A stretch of DNA of 64,000 nt from positions 27,652,001 through 27,716,000 of the forward strand of contig NC_043020.1 of assembly GCF_006345805.1 (NCBI RefSeq). The letters are read 5' to 3'. The notes beneath the pieces are model-generated. The model worked only from the letters and a program-made list of their open reading frames with translations. It was not told the DNA's origin and searched no databases. The stretch's first letter is position 1, and every line of letters begins with the position of its first letter. This document shows, piece by piece, positions 52,291 through 64,000 of the stretch. The DNA is from Octopus sinensis (Eukaryota). The translations under genes and the position numbers were made by a program.

Positions 52291-55026
52291 TTGACAGGGA
52301 ATGACAGGGACCAACAGACAGACATAAAACCCAACACTAATATCAACAACACATATACCAGAAACAGGAACAATGAATATATCACTAGCGATGATAGTAA
52401 TAATGGCAATGGTAGGAATAAAGGTAATAACAATAATAGTGGTAGTAGTAGTGGTGATGGTAACAGTAGAAGTAGTAATGAGGATAGTAGTGATAGTTGT
52501 GGTGGTAATAGGAATAATAGTAGTAGTGGTAATGGTGATAATAATAATAGGAAGGCTGATGTTGGAAACAGTAACGATAATGAAGATAACCCTAGAAAGA
52601 CCATTGACATGTATACCCATCCCTTTGACACTCAATTCTTCGACGTATGCGATAAAACTTACTGCATGAACCGAATTTATCCAACAACATTACCCTTCAA
52701 CAAAAGAGTATACATCCCAAGACGTACTAATGACCATGACCATATGGAAGCACAGTTCACTATAGCTAGGACCAAACTTAGACAGATTTTAGGATTATAC
52801 ATTAAGAGACAGAGACAGAATAAGACAGATGCCCAACAACTCGGGATTAAACCTGCATGTGGCCTACAGAAGCTCATTCAGCGCACGAGGAACGGAGAGG
52901 TGATATGCCTTCCCACGGATAAGTCCGGCAGGATGTCAATAGACAGCTTACCGAACTACATCCAGGCAATGCAACCTCATATCGCCAATACAAAAATAAC
53001 AACTGTACAGGCGCATGAGGAGAGAGAAAAGGTCCTCAATGCCCACATGATGATATGGACAATTGTTGTGGGACCCCAGAAACGTACTGCAAAGAATTTC
53101 CAAGCCTGGAACAATGATATCCCGGTACTGTATGGACTTCGCAAGGACCATAAAGTTTTTACTGACCCTATAGCAGGACCACCAACAAGACCAGTCTGTG
53201 GAGCGAATATCGCTAGCAATTACAGAATCTCCTACTTCCTCTCAATGATCATACGCCCTATAATCAGGATGTCACCTGATGTGTGTGACAGCACAGAAGA
53301 TCTCCTAAGCAGGATCAGTGACTGTAACAAAACTTGTGACTTGACAGGATGTATAGTAGGTAGCATGGATGTGGTATCCCTATACCCATCGATTGACGTG
53401 GATTTTGCAGTGGAGAAGTGCGTGGAGATGATCAACGAGAGCCAGGTGGAGTTCTGTAATATCAACACAGAAGAACTGGGCCTCCTACTTAGACTGACAT
53501 ATAATAATGAATACTTAGATAAACATAATCTTAGTAGTTTCTGCCCCAGTAGATGTTTAAGAGGTAGACCGCCTACAATTACTTCTATGGCTAGGAAGAC
53601 ACATATAGAAAGATGGCGCGGATGGACCAGAGCCATACGGAGCCCCGCAAATGTCCATCAGGTAAAGAAAATGATCGCACATGCACTAGGAGCTAGTATA
53701 AGAGTTACCCTAAAAGGCCACACATTTAAATTTAATAATAAAATATATGCCCAGGACGAGGGGGCAGCCATCGGTGTTAGTATCGCTGGTGATGTGGCCA
53801 ACATTTTCATGGTATGGTGGGACAGAAGGCTTAAAGAACGCCTACTGCAGAAATCCATACTCGTAAACATGTACTCTTGCTATGTTGATGATATCAACAT
53901 AGTGGTAAAGGCACCCCCACAAGAGAGTAATGTTGATATAGTAATAGAAACTAATACTATGGAGATCATCCAGCAAATAGCTAACTCCATCCACCAGAGT
54001 ATTAAAGTCACAATAGACTACCCCACTAAACACCCCAACCATAGACTACCAGTACTAGACACTGAACTCTGGCTAGAAATTGTGAAAAATAAAACCCAAA
54101 TCCTTCATTCATACTATGCAAAACCTATGGCCTCAAAATACCTGATCCACCGGAACTCAGCCATTGCGGGCAATGCCAAATTCAATATTTTGATGGCAGA
54201 CCTCGTCAGAATAATGAGAAATGTGTCACGCATGTGCGAGCCTACAGAATTAAAGAGACACATACAGTATTTCATTCACCGCATGCAGTTCTCAGGTTAC
54301 AGCCATAAAGAAAGGATCAGAGTATACAAAGGAGCCATGAAGAAATTTGATAATATATTATGTAATGATAGGAATGGTATTTGCCCACTCTATAGGAACA
54401 AGTCATGGAACACTATAGAAAGGACAAAAAAAAAAAAAAAGAAAATAGGGAAGGCCAACTCCTGGTACGATAGCCATAAATACCAGAGTGTCATGTTCGT
54501 TGACACCACCCTTGGAGGTGAACTGGCGTACCGCTTTAGAAGGACCCTAGATAAACTTAAACTAAGAATTAAGGTTGTTGAAAAGCCAGGCAACCCTATC
54601 AAATCTATAATTGGTAGAACCTATCCTTTTAGTAGAACCCTCTGTACGGATAACTATTGCACCGTATGTAGATTTAGCCCACAAACAAACTGTAAAGCCA
54701 GAAATGTAGTCTATAGTATAAGATGTATAGAGGGACGATGCAGTAACAAGACAATAACATACGTAGGGGAAACGGCAAGAAGCATAGGAGAGCGGGTGAA
54801 TGTACATTGGAGACAGCTCAAGGAAGGTAAAAGCTCATCGATTCTGTACCAACACGCCGAACAGGAACACGGGGGATCAATCAATAACATAGAGATTAAG
54901 ATATTGTCCACACATAGAACAGATGCAACAATTAGACAAATTACAGAAGCTACACATATAATAGAAAATAAACCTAGCCTGAATAGAAAACTAGAATGGA
55001 GCAATAGCACACACCACAACATATGA
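52291..55026 (+). CDS. Penelope-like element polyprotein: reverse transcriptase, Cys-rich linker and C-terminal GIY-YIG endonuclease
   Basis: Motifs TDKSG, YGLRKDHK, RPV, SMDVVSLYPSI, GAAIG, YVDD, PVLD, KPMAS; CxxxxCxxC linker; NVVYSIRC..YVGET..ERVNVH..EATHI..PSLN. The true start is uncertain (the ORF opens at TTG; first ATG at 52609). Confidence 0.92.
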   Translation: MTGNDRDQQTDIKPNTNINNTYTRNRNNEYITSDDSNNGNGRNKGNNNNSGSSSGDGNSRSSNEDSSDSCGGNRNNSSSGNGDNNNRKADVGNSNDNEDNPRKTIDMYTHPFDTQFFDVCDKTYCMNRIYPTTLPFNKRVYIPRRTNDHDHMEAQFTIARTKLRQILGLYIKRQRQNKTDAQQLGIKPACGLQKLIQRTRNGEVICLPTDKSGRMSIDSLPNYIQAMQPHIANTKITTVQAHEEREKVLNAHMMIWTIVVGPQKRTAKNFQAWNNDIPVLYGLRKDHKVFTDPIAGPPTRPVCGANIASNYRISYFLSMIIRPIIRMSPDVCDSTEDLLSRISDCNKTCDLTGCIVGSMDVVSLYPSIDVDFAVEKCVEMINESQVEFCNINTEELGLLLRLTYNNEYLDKHNLSSFCPSRCLRGRPPTITSMARKTHIERWRGWTRAIRSPANVHQVKKMIAHALGASIRVTLKGHTFKFNNKIYAQDEGAAIGVSIAGDVANIFMVWWDRRLKERLLQKSILVNMYSCYVDDINIVVKAPPQESNVDIVIETNTMEIIQQIANSIHQSIKVTIDYPTKHPNHRLPVLDTELWLEIVKNKTQILHSYYAKPMASKYLIHRNSAIAGNAKFNILMADLVRIMRNVSRMCEPTELKRHIQYFIHRMQFSGYSHKERIRVYKGAMKKFDNILCNDRNGICPLYRNKSWNTIERTKKKKKKIGKANSWYDSHKYQSVMFVDTTLGGELAYRFRRTLDKLKLRIKVVEKPGNPIKSIIGRTYPFSRTLCTDNYCTVCRFSPQTNCKARNVVYSIRCIEGRCSNKTITYVGETARSIGERVNVHWRQLKEGKSSSILYQHAEQEHGGSINNIEIKILSTHRTDATIRQITEATHIIENKPSLNRKLEWSNSTHHNI

Positions 55027-55130
55027 CGATAGAGGATCCCGAAAACATAATAAATAAATACACAGATAAATAAACAAATAGAAATGAATAACTATATATA
55101 TGTATATATGTCTATGTATGTATATGTATG

Positions 55131-55193
<63 letters not shown>

Positions 55194-55199
55194 ATATAA

Positions 55200-57012
55200 A
55201 TTCGGGGTGAGTACTTGATAATTATAAGCACCTGTATATACCGTTTGGTGGTGTAGGTGGTGGAGTAAATTGATCAAAATAAAAACATGATGCCAAGGAT
55301 TCAGCGGTACATATGTTTCGGGCCTTTATTAGACAGATTTATAACAATGCATAATGTATGTCTGTGGCCTTCTTCAGCCGCGCACAACAGCTTCCACAAG
55401 GACATGTGTTACATCAAAAATTCTTGGTTGGGGATGCAAATCCTCTCATTCGCGTACGACATAATGCGGCAACAGCATAGAATTGAAGCGTCCATCTCTT
55501 TCTTCTCTCAATGTAGAATGAGGAAATTTGGATGTTGAAGTAATGTAAATAAATTAATAAATAAATACATATATAGACGTGAAGGAACCTGGTAATAAGA
55601 GTAAATAGGGGTAAAGATGGAGGGGCGAGAATTCAGGACGAAGATATAAAAAAATATATAAAAAGTGTAAGTATAGAAAAATATAAAAATGTAGAGTATA
55701 AAGATATAAAGAGATATAAGGAGATATAAAGGGGATATAAAGAATATAAAAAAATATAAATGAATATAAAGGCATAAAGTTATAAAGTAAAAATAGAAAT
55801 AGAAATAAAAGTAAAAAAATAAAAATAGGAATAAAAATGATAAAAATGTAAAAAAATGTAAAAAATATAAAGATAAGGGATGTATAGAGGTTACGGACCA
55901 AACATGGTGGTCAGGAAATTGACAAAGTTTAGTTGTAGAAGCTTTGGGTGTCAATAAATCAACAGGGACGTCTGGGGACCTAGTGTATTGTAAATCAGAG
56001 CTGTTGAGCGGTTAATCTAGTTCTTTGAATTACGTGGTCATCTTGTACATACATACCAGCATGGATACATACACCCATATACATGCGCACATATACGCGC
56101 GCATACACAGCTCTAAGCATATAAGCATATATACGCACTCACGTGTAAACATGTACATAAACATATATACACCCACACACATGCGCATACATACATACAT
56201 ACAACAGAATATGCGCACATATACACGGACATTATACGTGTACACACCCATATATATACATACGTACGTCCCTCTTTACATACACATACACAGATGCCGA
56301 CACGTCCAGGTTTAGATATAAGATATTAAAGGATGTATATAAGAACGCATGTAAAGAATCACGCACTCACGTCTACACGTGCACGCACACACGGCTGTGT
56401 GTCCATATGTGCGTGCACATATACACTTACATACACACACAGAGACATACGCGCGTATAGGTATAGCTATAAGATATTAAAAGATGTATACAAATAGGTG
56501 TAAACGTATGCATATAAGAAATCTGCGAAAAAATGTAAAAAAATGTAAAGAAATACGTAAGAAATTTTAAAAAATTATTAAAGAAAATTATTAGAGATGA
56601 GTAACGGGGTATGCACATCCAGACGTAGATGTTTACTCGTACATATGTACACATATGTATACGTATACATACGTACACGGACGCGCGTATAATCATAAAG
56701 CGGATCCGTAGATAAGTAAATAAGGGATAAGCAAAAAAATAGACATATATAGAGATATAAAGCGATAAGTTAGGGGTAAGAATGAGGGTAAGAATAAAAA
56801 TTAGAAATAAAAGTAAGAAATACAATATAAAAGTTAGAAATGAAAAATAAAAATTATAAGAGCTATAAGAATTAAAATAAGGGATGAAAATAAAAATAAG
56901 AATAAAGGTAAAGCGAAATAGAATAGGATAAAGTAAAATAAAAATATAATCTGGTAAAGTTTAACATGAGATGAAGGTGGTTGAAAGTTAAAGGTGTGTG
57001 CTAAAGGTGCCC
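55200..57012 (-). mobile_element. Probable 3' tail of a second Penelope-like element, inserted antisense in (TA)n
   Basis: On the minus strand it reads as a T-rich UTR-like tract followed by a clean hammerhead about 100 nt before (TA)n. Microsatellite flanks it on both sides. Confidence 0.5.
55304..55381 (-). ncRNA. Type I hammerhead ribozyme
   Basis: Minus strand: gcgg-CUGAAGA-a-GGCC..GGCC-c-GAAA-CAUAUG-UA-ccgc. Stems I and II are perfect and stem III is palindromic. Confidence 0.88.
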
Positions 57013-57015
57013 ACG

Positions 57016-57063
<48 letters not shown>

Positions 57064-57444
57064 GTGTATATATGTGTGTATATGTATATATGTATATGTA
57101 TATGTATATATATATATATTTTTGTTTTTCGATTAGATTTATTATTATTATTACTAATATTGTTGTTATACATACATACAAGCATATGTAATAATAATAA
57201 TGGGTGGATGTAAACACATGAACAAAATTAGAACAAAAGCAACAACAACAAAAACAAAATACAAATTACATGAATGTATATAAACAGAAGATACAAATAT
57301 TACAGGCATCCCCCCCACACACACTAAATAAACATAGACGCACATAGAGATATAAGCATGCGCAAATGAAGACATACAATAGAAATACAAAATGGTTGAC
57401 GGTTAGTAAGGAGAGACACAAATACGAAAGAAGAAAACAAAGGA

Positions 57445-57484
57445 CCACTGATGCGGTCACAGGAGTGTGACGAAAGAACTCTGG
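57445..57484 (+). ncRNA. Minimal hammerhead variant (A9C)
   Basis: cca-CUGAUGC-g-GUCAC-aggagu-GUGAC-GAAA-gaac-UC-ugg. Confidence 0.62.
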
Positions 57485-57672
57485 CCGAAATAAGATTAAG
57501 ATTAATGTAAAATATAAATATCACTGAAGCCAAATAACACCAAATATATAGTGCGTGTGTTTTTATTGGCTAAACTGGCAATATGACCATTCCGAAATAT
57601 AACAATATCTGTTTCAACACACGACTTCACATAAAAAATCTTGCACAACAAATATTCAAACGTATATATATG

Positions 57673-57764
<92 letters not shown>

Positions 57765-58259
57765 ATATATTGCAGATGGAAGTGTTCAGGTAACACTGAG
57801 ACGAAAGGAAAAACAAATTGAAAGATATGATGACTAAACGCTCTAACTGGTCAAAACAACTTTATAACATTCCTACTTTATCATAAATCGAACATAAATT
57901 TATATTAAGCCATCAAGTCGTCTAATGGAAAATGTCAATAGTATAAAGTATACACATATATACGAATAAAAGGCGATAAAACCTGAAAGGGTAATACGAG
58001 TGAGGTCGAATGAAAAAAATATATGGATTAAATTGATGCATAATAAAAGGGGCTAAAAATTTAAGACAATGAAACTAAAATAATATAATGCATAGCAAAG
58101 GCGTTGCAAATGGTCGAAAAGGAGCGGGAAGCGATGAAATCGAGAAATTATATCCACCAAAACGCTGTTGAGTACTCTTATTCATCGATCGCCATTTACG
58201 TATATATATATATATATATTATATATATATATATATATTATATATATATATATTATATA

Positions 58260-58335
<76 letters not shown>

Positions 58336-58358
58336 TCAAAATATATATTCATTCAAAA

Positions 58359-58565
58359 TGTGACCGCTTGTGTACCGTTGGCGATTTTTTTCTTCCGTAT
58401 TCCCTTCCTTGGATCTTTCCTTTTCCTATGTTTCTGACGAAGAGCTTCGCTCGAAACGTTAAATCCTCCTTCTTTCTTTCCTTTCCTGAGCGTCCAATAA
58501 CACTATACTTGTTCCAGGTCCTCGCGTTGTGTTTTCTCTTTGTGTTTTCATGTTTGGATTAACTA
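58359..58565 (+). mobile_element. Third copy of the 205-bp hammerhead-bearing repeat
   Basis: Same sequence with different flanks; core at 58434-58460 (uuu-CUGACGA-a-GAGC-uuc-GCUC-GAAA-CG-UU-aaa). Confidence 0.72.
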
Positions 58566-58569
58566 TATA

Positions 58570-58605
<36 letters not shown>

Positions 58606-58635
58606 TGTATGTATGTATGTATATGTATATATATA

Positions 58636-58668
<33 letters not shown>

Positions 58669-59221
58669 AATTAAATTAGAGATAAAACCACTATTAGGCA
58701 AATCAAACAATGAAAAACATAAACCAAAACATAAAAAAAACATAATTAATATAGAATATATAAAATATAAAATTTATAACCTAAATTATTTAAATTTAAA
58801 GTTTTTAATTTATATTTATAAATTTTTATATTTTTTAAATTTTAAATTAATAAATTTTTAAATTTTTAAATCTAATTTTTTTTTTAAAAATATATATAAC
58901 TATCAAAAGGTTTAATATAAGATAATAAATAATAAATAATAAATAAATATATAAGGACTTATATAGCAGACACAAATAGCGTTATTCATTTCGATAAATG
59001 ACACCGGATATCATTACCAGGTGTAACTCTTTCGACTAACACCGTCGGTCAACTGGTCATCTTCCCACTTACTGCTCTATTCATCTACTTGAAAAAATAC
59101 AAACACGCGTGCAACCTTTAAAGGGCACAAAAATATAAACCTTAAGGCTTAACAAACTTTTCTTTCTTTCCTTTTTCTTTTTTTTTTCTCCTGTTAATAT
59201 TCCTCTGATAAAACTCTAAAT

Positions 59222-59302
59222 CCTTCTGACGATATTTGTTGGATGGAACGAGATAAATGCAAATTTACCCTAAAAAATAACAAACTGAAACAGCTGTAAA
59301 TG
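59222..59302 (+). ncRNA. Type I hammerhead ribozyme
   Basis: ccuu-CUGACGA-ua-UUUGUU..AACAAA-cu-GAAA-CAGCUG-UA-aaug. Confidence 0.72.
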
Positions 59303-59404
59303 TTATTTTAACTACAATTAAAATTATGACCATTTAATACCAATGAGCAACTTCTAATTGTTAATTGCTGCTCCATTTCCTTTCTTATCTATCTATCTAT
59401 CTAC

Positions 59405-59481
<77 letters not shown>

Positions 59482-59556
59482 CGCCATGTTAGATCGTTAG
59501 CCCCTACACGCAATTTTTTTCTCTACTTGTTTCTCTCCTTGTTTCTTTTCTGTGTA

Positions 59557-59594
59557 TCTTTCTGTCGAAGAGCGTCGGCTCGAAACGTAAAAGA
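59557..59594 (+). ncRNA. Minimal hammerhead variant (A6U)
   Basis: ucuuu-CUGUCGA-a-GAGC-gucg-GCUC-GAAA-CG-UA-aaaga, with a 5-bp stem I. It lies in an approximately 210-bp element (59480-59692) between (TA)n tracts. Confidence 0.68.
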
Positions 59595-59691
59595 CTTGTT
59601 CTATTTCTATTCCTCAGCGCCATACTAATACATTTGTTTGTTTGTACTCCACCTGCCTTCGTCTTTTGTTTATTCTCGTAAACTTTCCCTT

Positions 59692-59783
<92 letters not shown>

Positions 59784-59887
59784 AATCCATTAAACCCAAC
59801 ATTAATATACTACAATTTATTGCACTCTCTACCAGTTCCACTGGTAAATACGACTTTTTGCATGCCACTCAAAGCTTCTAAACTGCG

Positions 59888-60001
<114 letters not shown>

Positions 60002-60826
60002 ATATATATATATATAAACAAATGAGTTAATATCGATTCCTTATATTGACACAGGGCCATGCAAGTCAGTGAATGCACAATCGATAGATTTTTGCCTGAA
60101 CAGAAGACATTTTAAAAGACGTAAAGTAACACTGGAGAAAAACGTTTTCCTTAGTTTCACCCATTCCGTCCACCGACATTTATCAGTGAACGAAAATTTT
60201 CTAAAGATGGATCTTCACTTTTCGCCACTCTTTTGAAACAAAGAGTAAATTACACAGGAAATGAATCAGCATTTTTTTTTTGTTTTGGTAAGTGTAAAGC
60301 TTCAGATAAACGGTGGACAGAAAAGGAATTAGGAAGTTCCATTTTTGGATTTTCTATAAAATTACAGCGCACAAAAAAATCCATGAACCTATTAATTTAC
60401 CTTATTACATTTTTGTCTTGATCCGATGATTTTAATGTGAAATTAAGGCAGAAAGGAACACCAACTCTAGCATATCGATACGTGTCTTTACATTGAGTGG
60501 TAAATGGCAGGCGTGTTTATCGATTGAAAATAGAGCGAAATGACTGCGAAATATAACTGTACCAAAGAGATTCTGACCATAGTTTTGGAAGAACATATTC
60601 TGTGAAGAAAATATAATTTAGAGATCAAGCAAACATCTTTTATATAATGAAATTATTTTTAAATAGATCAAGGTGACCAAATCAATGAAATAATTTGTTA
60701 ATTGTCGAACGCTACCTTTCAGGGTTTATTTCAGCAGACAGAACGTACACCACTCAGGAATTGATATCCTTTCAGATTCGAAACCTCAACCAAGACCTCG
60801 TGAGGATCCGTGGAAAAGATACAACA

Positions 60827-62290
60827 ATGTCTCGATTTACGAATTGTATTCAGCGCTATTGCTCGTGTCGATGGAGATTATGCTATATTTGTGCAATAGC
60901 TTCTCTTGTTATGCAAACATTAAGAGTCGATATAAGTATGGCGTTTGTTTGTATGTTGAAAACCCCGAATCGTACGAGCGAAGAAGTTAACGTTACTACA
61001 AACAACCAACATTGTTCCGGATTCGATAACCGTTCAATGATCGAAAACTATGAAGGAGAGTTTGAATGGAGCGACACGTTACAATCGAACATACTGGCTG
61101 GGTACTTCTATGGATATATAGCAACTAATTATTTGGGTGGTTTATTGGCCGATAAATACGGTGCGAAAAGAGTTGTCGGAGGTTCAATATTCTCAGCATC
61201 CATTCTGACCATTCTTCACCCAAGTCTGTCTCGAATTAGTGGTTACTTGACCCTCGTTCTAAGGATATTAACAGGTATGGCATCAGGACCAATATACCCA
61301 GCGTTTCAATCCTTATATGGACGTTGGGCGCCTCCGCAAGAAATTGGTTCGTTGGTTGGGCTTACATTCGCTGGTCTGTATTTAGGTAATATTGTAGGAC
61401 TTTCAATATCAGGTTATCTTTGTCTTTATGGATTTGACAATGGATGGGGTTCTATATTTTATATATTTGGTGGATTATCGTTGGTGTTTAGTTGTGTGTG
61501 GTTTTATATTGTCTACGATACTCCAGATGCCCATCCAACCATTAGCGAAAAAGAACGTTCTTATTTAAACAAAACTATAATAAGTAAAAAAGTGGTGAAA
61601 AATGTACCATGGAGACGACTAATTTCTTCTCCTGCTGTATGGGCCATTAGCATTGGCTGGTTTGCTAAAAGTTGGACTGGTTTGTCTTTCCAGGTGTTGC
61701 TACCCCTTTATATGAAAGAAGCCTTAAACGTTAATACGACCTCTAATGGTTTAATGTCATCTGCTCCTTCGGTTGGACAAATCATTGCACTACCACTGTG
61801 CGGCAAGTTAGCTGATTTTGTACGTTTAAAGAAATACATATCAACTCGTTGTGTTCGCATTTTATTCCAAACCTTTGCGCTGATTGCTTCAGCATGTCTG
61901 TTGATAGTCATAGGATTCCTCAGATGTGACCAAACCATTCTAATAACTATCTTATTGTTTCTCATTGGTATAACTCTATCATTTTCCAGTGGTGGTGTTC
62001 TTGTCAACAACAATGATATTGCTCCAAGTTATGCTGGTATTATATTTGGAATTGCAAATACAATCGCAGCAACCTCGGGAAGTATTTCTCCCTTATCTGC
62101 AAAAGCTCTCACCCCAAACGGTACACAAGAAGAATGGCAGATCGTGTTTGCTTTGTGTGCTGCTATATGTGTTGTTGGTACAATATTATATGCAATATTA
62201 GCAAGAGGAGAAATTCAAGATTGGGCGATTTCGGAAGACCCTGGGCCATCTGTTCCCCTTAATGACATGAACACCAATGAATCGGCTTAA
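60827..62290 (+). CDS. SLC17A5-like: SLC17/sialin-like transporter, copy 7 (487 aa from the conserved Met), most divergent in TM7
   Basis: ORF 60695-62290. Start placed at MSRFTNC by alignment (acaacaATG context, as in copy 1). Confidence 0.93.
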   Translation: MSRFTNCIQRYCSCRWRLCYICAIASLVMQTLRVDISMAFVCMLKTPNRTSEEVNVTTNNQHCSGFDNRSMIENYEGEFEWSDTLQSNILAGYFYGYIATNYLGGLLADKYGAKRVVGGSIFSASILTILHPSLSRISGYLTLVLRILTGMASGPIYPAFQSLYGRWAPPQEIGSLVGLTFAGLYLGNIVGLSISGYLCLYGFDNGWGSIFYIFGGLSLVFSCVWFYIVYDTPDAHPTISEKERSYLNKTIISKKVVKNVPWRRLISSPAVWAISIGWFAKSWTGLSFQVLLPLYMKEALNVNTTSNGLMSSAPSVGQIIALPLCGKLADFVRLKKYISTRCVRILFQTFALIASACLLIVIGFLRCDQTILITILLFLIGITLSFSSGGVLVNNNDIAPSYAGIIFGIANTIAATSGSISPLSAKALTPNGTQEEWQIVFALCAAICVVGTILYAILARGEIQDWAISEDPGPSVPLNDMNTNESA

Positions 62291-63179
62291 CTAGCTTACT
62301 GAAATTTTAGCAGAACCAAACACATTATCAACTAGAATGCATAGTTCTCTTTATTTCAGTGATTCCGTAATATATGTATGTATACATGTGTGTATGTAAG
62401 TGTGTATGTAGGTATGTGTGTAAGTATGTTATACATACACACATAAAAATTTCATAAAAATTGTAGCTATAAAATTAACATAGAATTATATACTACTACA
62501 TTTTAAGTACAAAATCAGAAAATAATATTGCTGTATATACATCTTTCGCTTCCTTTCCCGATCTCTCTCTGTCTTTCTCTCTGTCACATCTATTTATCTA
62601 TCAATCTATTTACAATTTGGCAATCTAGATTTTATAACCTTTCTTCTTCATTTAAGTTTAGAAGAACACGTAATTCCACGAACCTTAGTAATTGTAATTG
62701 GAATTTGAAAGAGAGGAAGATTAATTAAGATACAGAGTGGTCCAATATGAGTTACGCTCCATTGAATAATACTCATATTTTTAAATGTGATTCTTGTCCA
62801 GAAAAATCTATTATATAATTACTTCAAGATTAAAATTCTAAAATTCTAGAACCAATCTCATGTTGAAATGTTCCCATAAATATGAAAGTGCATTTATATA
62901 GTTCAATAGAAATAACACCTTAATTGTTTAGTCTCTTAATTGTTTCAGTCATTAGACTGCGGCCATGCTGTGGCAGTGCCTTGAAGAATGTTTGTACTTT
63001 TTTATCTGTATAAGGCATCCTACTTGTTTTATCTCTTTGCTGAACCGCTAAGTTACGGGGACGTATAGACACCACCACTTATTGTCAAGCGGTGATGGGG
63101 GAACAAAATTATCGATGCAATCAAATTTGAAGAAAAATTTTCATAAAATATATTTTATATAAAAAAACATTTTTTAAAA

Positions 63180-64000
63180 ATCAGAATGACACGAACTTTT
63201 CAGGATCGAACTTTTCGTTTTGTGCATCTACACTTTCACCGTGTATTTTCTCTTGAACGTTGGGGGTTATCCATAAAGTGGAAGATATTTCTAGTAACGG
63301 TGCTATTTCAAGTTTTGTTCATCATTTAAACATCTAAAGTATTTTCCTTTTGCCTTTCGCAGTAACTCATCTTCTTTTTCCTTTACTTTGAAAAAAAAAA
63401 TGTGTATTTTCTATTCGTACACATAATTATTAATGCATGTTCACTTCATATTTCTAAGAGATGAAATTTTGATTTGATGTTTATGTACCCTGAGCGTTGT
63501 ATTAATTTCGACCCGGTTTGGCCGACGTAATTTTTATTGGACTCACTGTTTGTGGTGCAGTTAATGTGATTTTTTGTCTTACAAGTCATAGTTGCATTAA
63601 CCTTTAATTCCTTCATAATCTTGAATTTTTTTGTCCTTTCTTCTTCAATTGTTTCACAAGTTCCACAGCGAAGGTCTCCACAGTATGTTACTTGCATTAT
63701 TTCTCTTTCGGATCTGAATTTCCTCATTGTTTATAGACTTTCAAGATTGCGTACGTTTGCATATACATGCATATGCGAACGGTGTGAGCATGTGATGCAC
63801 TGAACGTCGGACAAAGTAACAACTCGACATATTAAAACCTTCTTTGACTGTCAGAGTGGGTCAATGAAATTGTTAGCAATTTTGAATAATAAGAAGAAGT
63901 AATTTCAAAGCATAGACAATTGAATAGTTGCTTACCGTTTGAAATATAGTTGTGGGACCAGTGTTTCGGCCTTGAAGTGTCCTCATCAGAGAACCTTTGT
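63180..64000 (-). mobile_element. 5'-truncated Penelope-like remnant (Cys linker plus GIY-YIG)
   Basis: CGDLRCGTC...NHINCTT...YVGQTGSKLIQR, with an adjacent hammerhead-like motif. Confidence 0.75.
63951..63993 (-). ncRNA. Hammerhead-like motif upstream of a GIY-YIG fragment
   Basis: CUGAUGA-GGAC-acuucaa-GGCC-GAAAC-acug-GUC. Stem I is not complementary. Confidence 0.55.

Larger units (their letters stand above)
51770..57660 (+). mobile_element. Penelope-like retroelement, probable full extent including a nested antisense insert
   Basis: PLE ORF, then A-rich downstream sequence interrupted by (TA)n, then a sense hammerhead-like motif at 57445-57484. Boundaries are inferred. Confidence 0.55.

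Noticed and set aside
52210-52669. Hydrophobic or Thr-rich ORFs overlapping the PLE 5' region
   Set aside because: They are alternative frames of a trinucleotide low-complexity tract.

Overview
AT-rich, microsatellite-dense animal genomic DNA. It is most likely octopus, inferred from the SINE families and the sialin expansion known in Octopus. The window holds a co-oriented tandem array of SLC17/sialin-like MFS transporter genes whose CDSs have no introns: six intact copies, one frameshifted copy and one decayed fragment. All copies have lost the TM4 acidic residues used for proton coupling in sialin and VGLUT. Their divergence is concentrated in the TM4-TM5 and TM7 pocket-lining segments, while the rest looks homogenised. 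Between the genes are a Penelope-like element with an open RT plus GIY-YIG ORF, many Penelope-derived remnants, SINE clusters, RLE-LINE tails, a Helitron, an LTR relic and DNA-transposon relics. About a dozen hammerhead-ribozyme motifs from several unrelated sequence families can be read directly from the sequence, many with palindromic (dimer-type) stem III. All alignments and folds were done by eye, and repeat boundaries are approximate.
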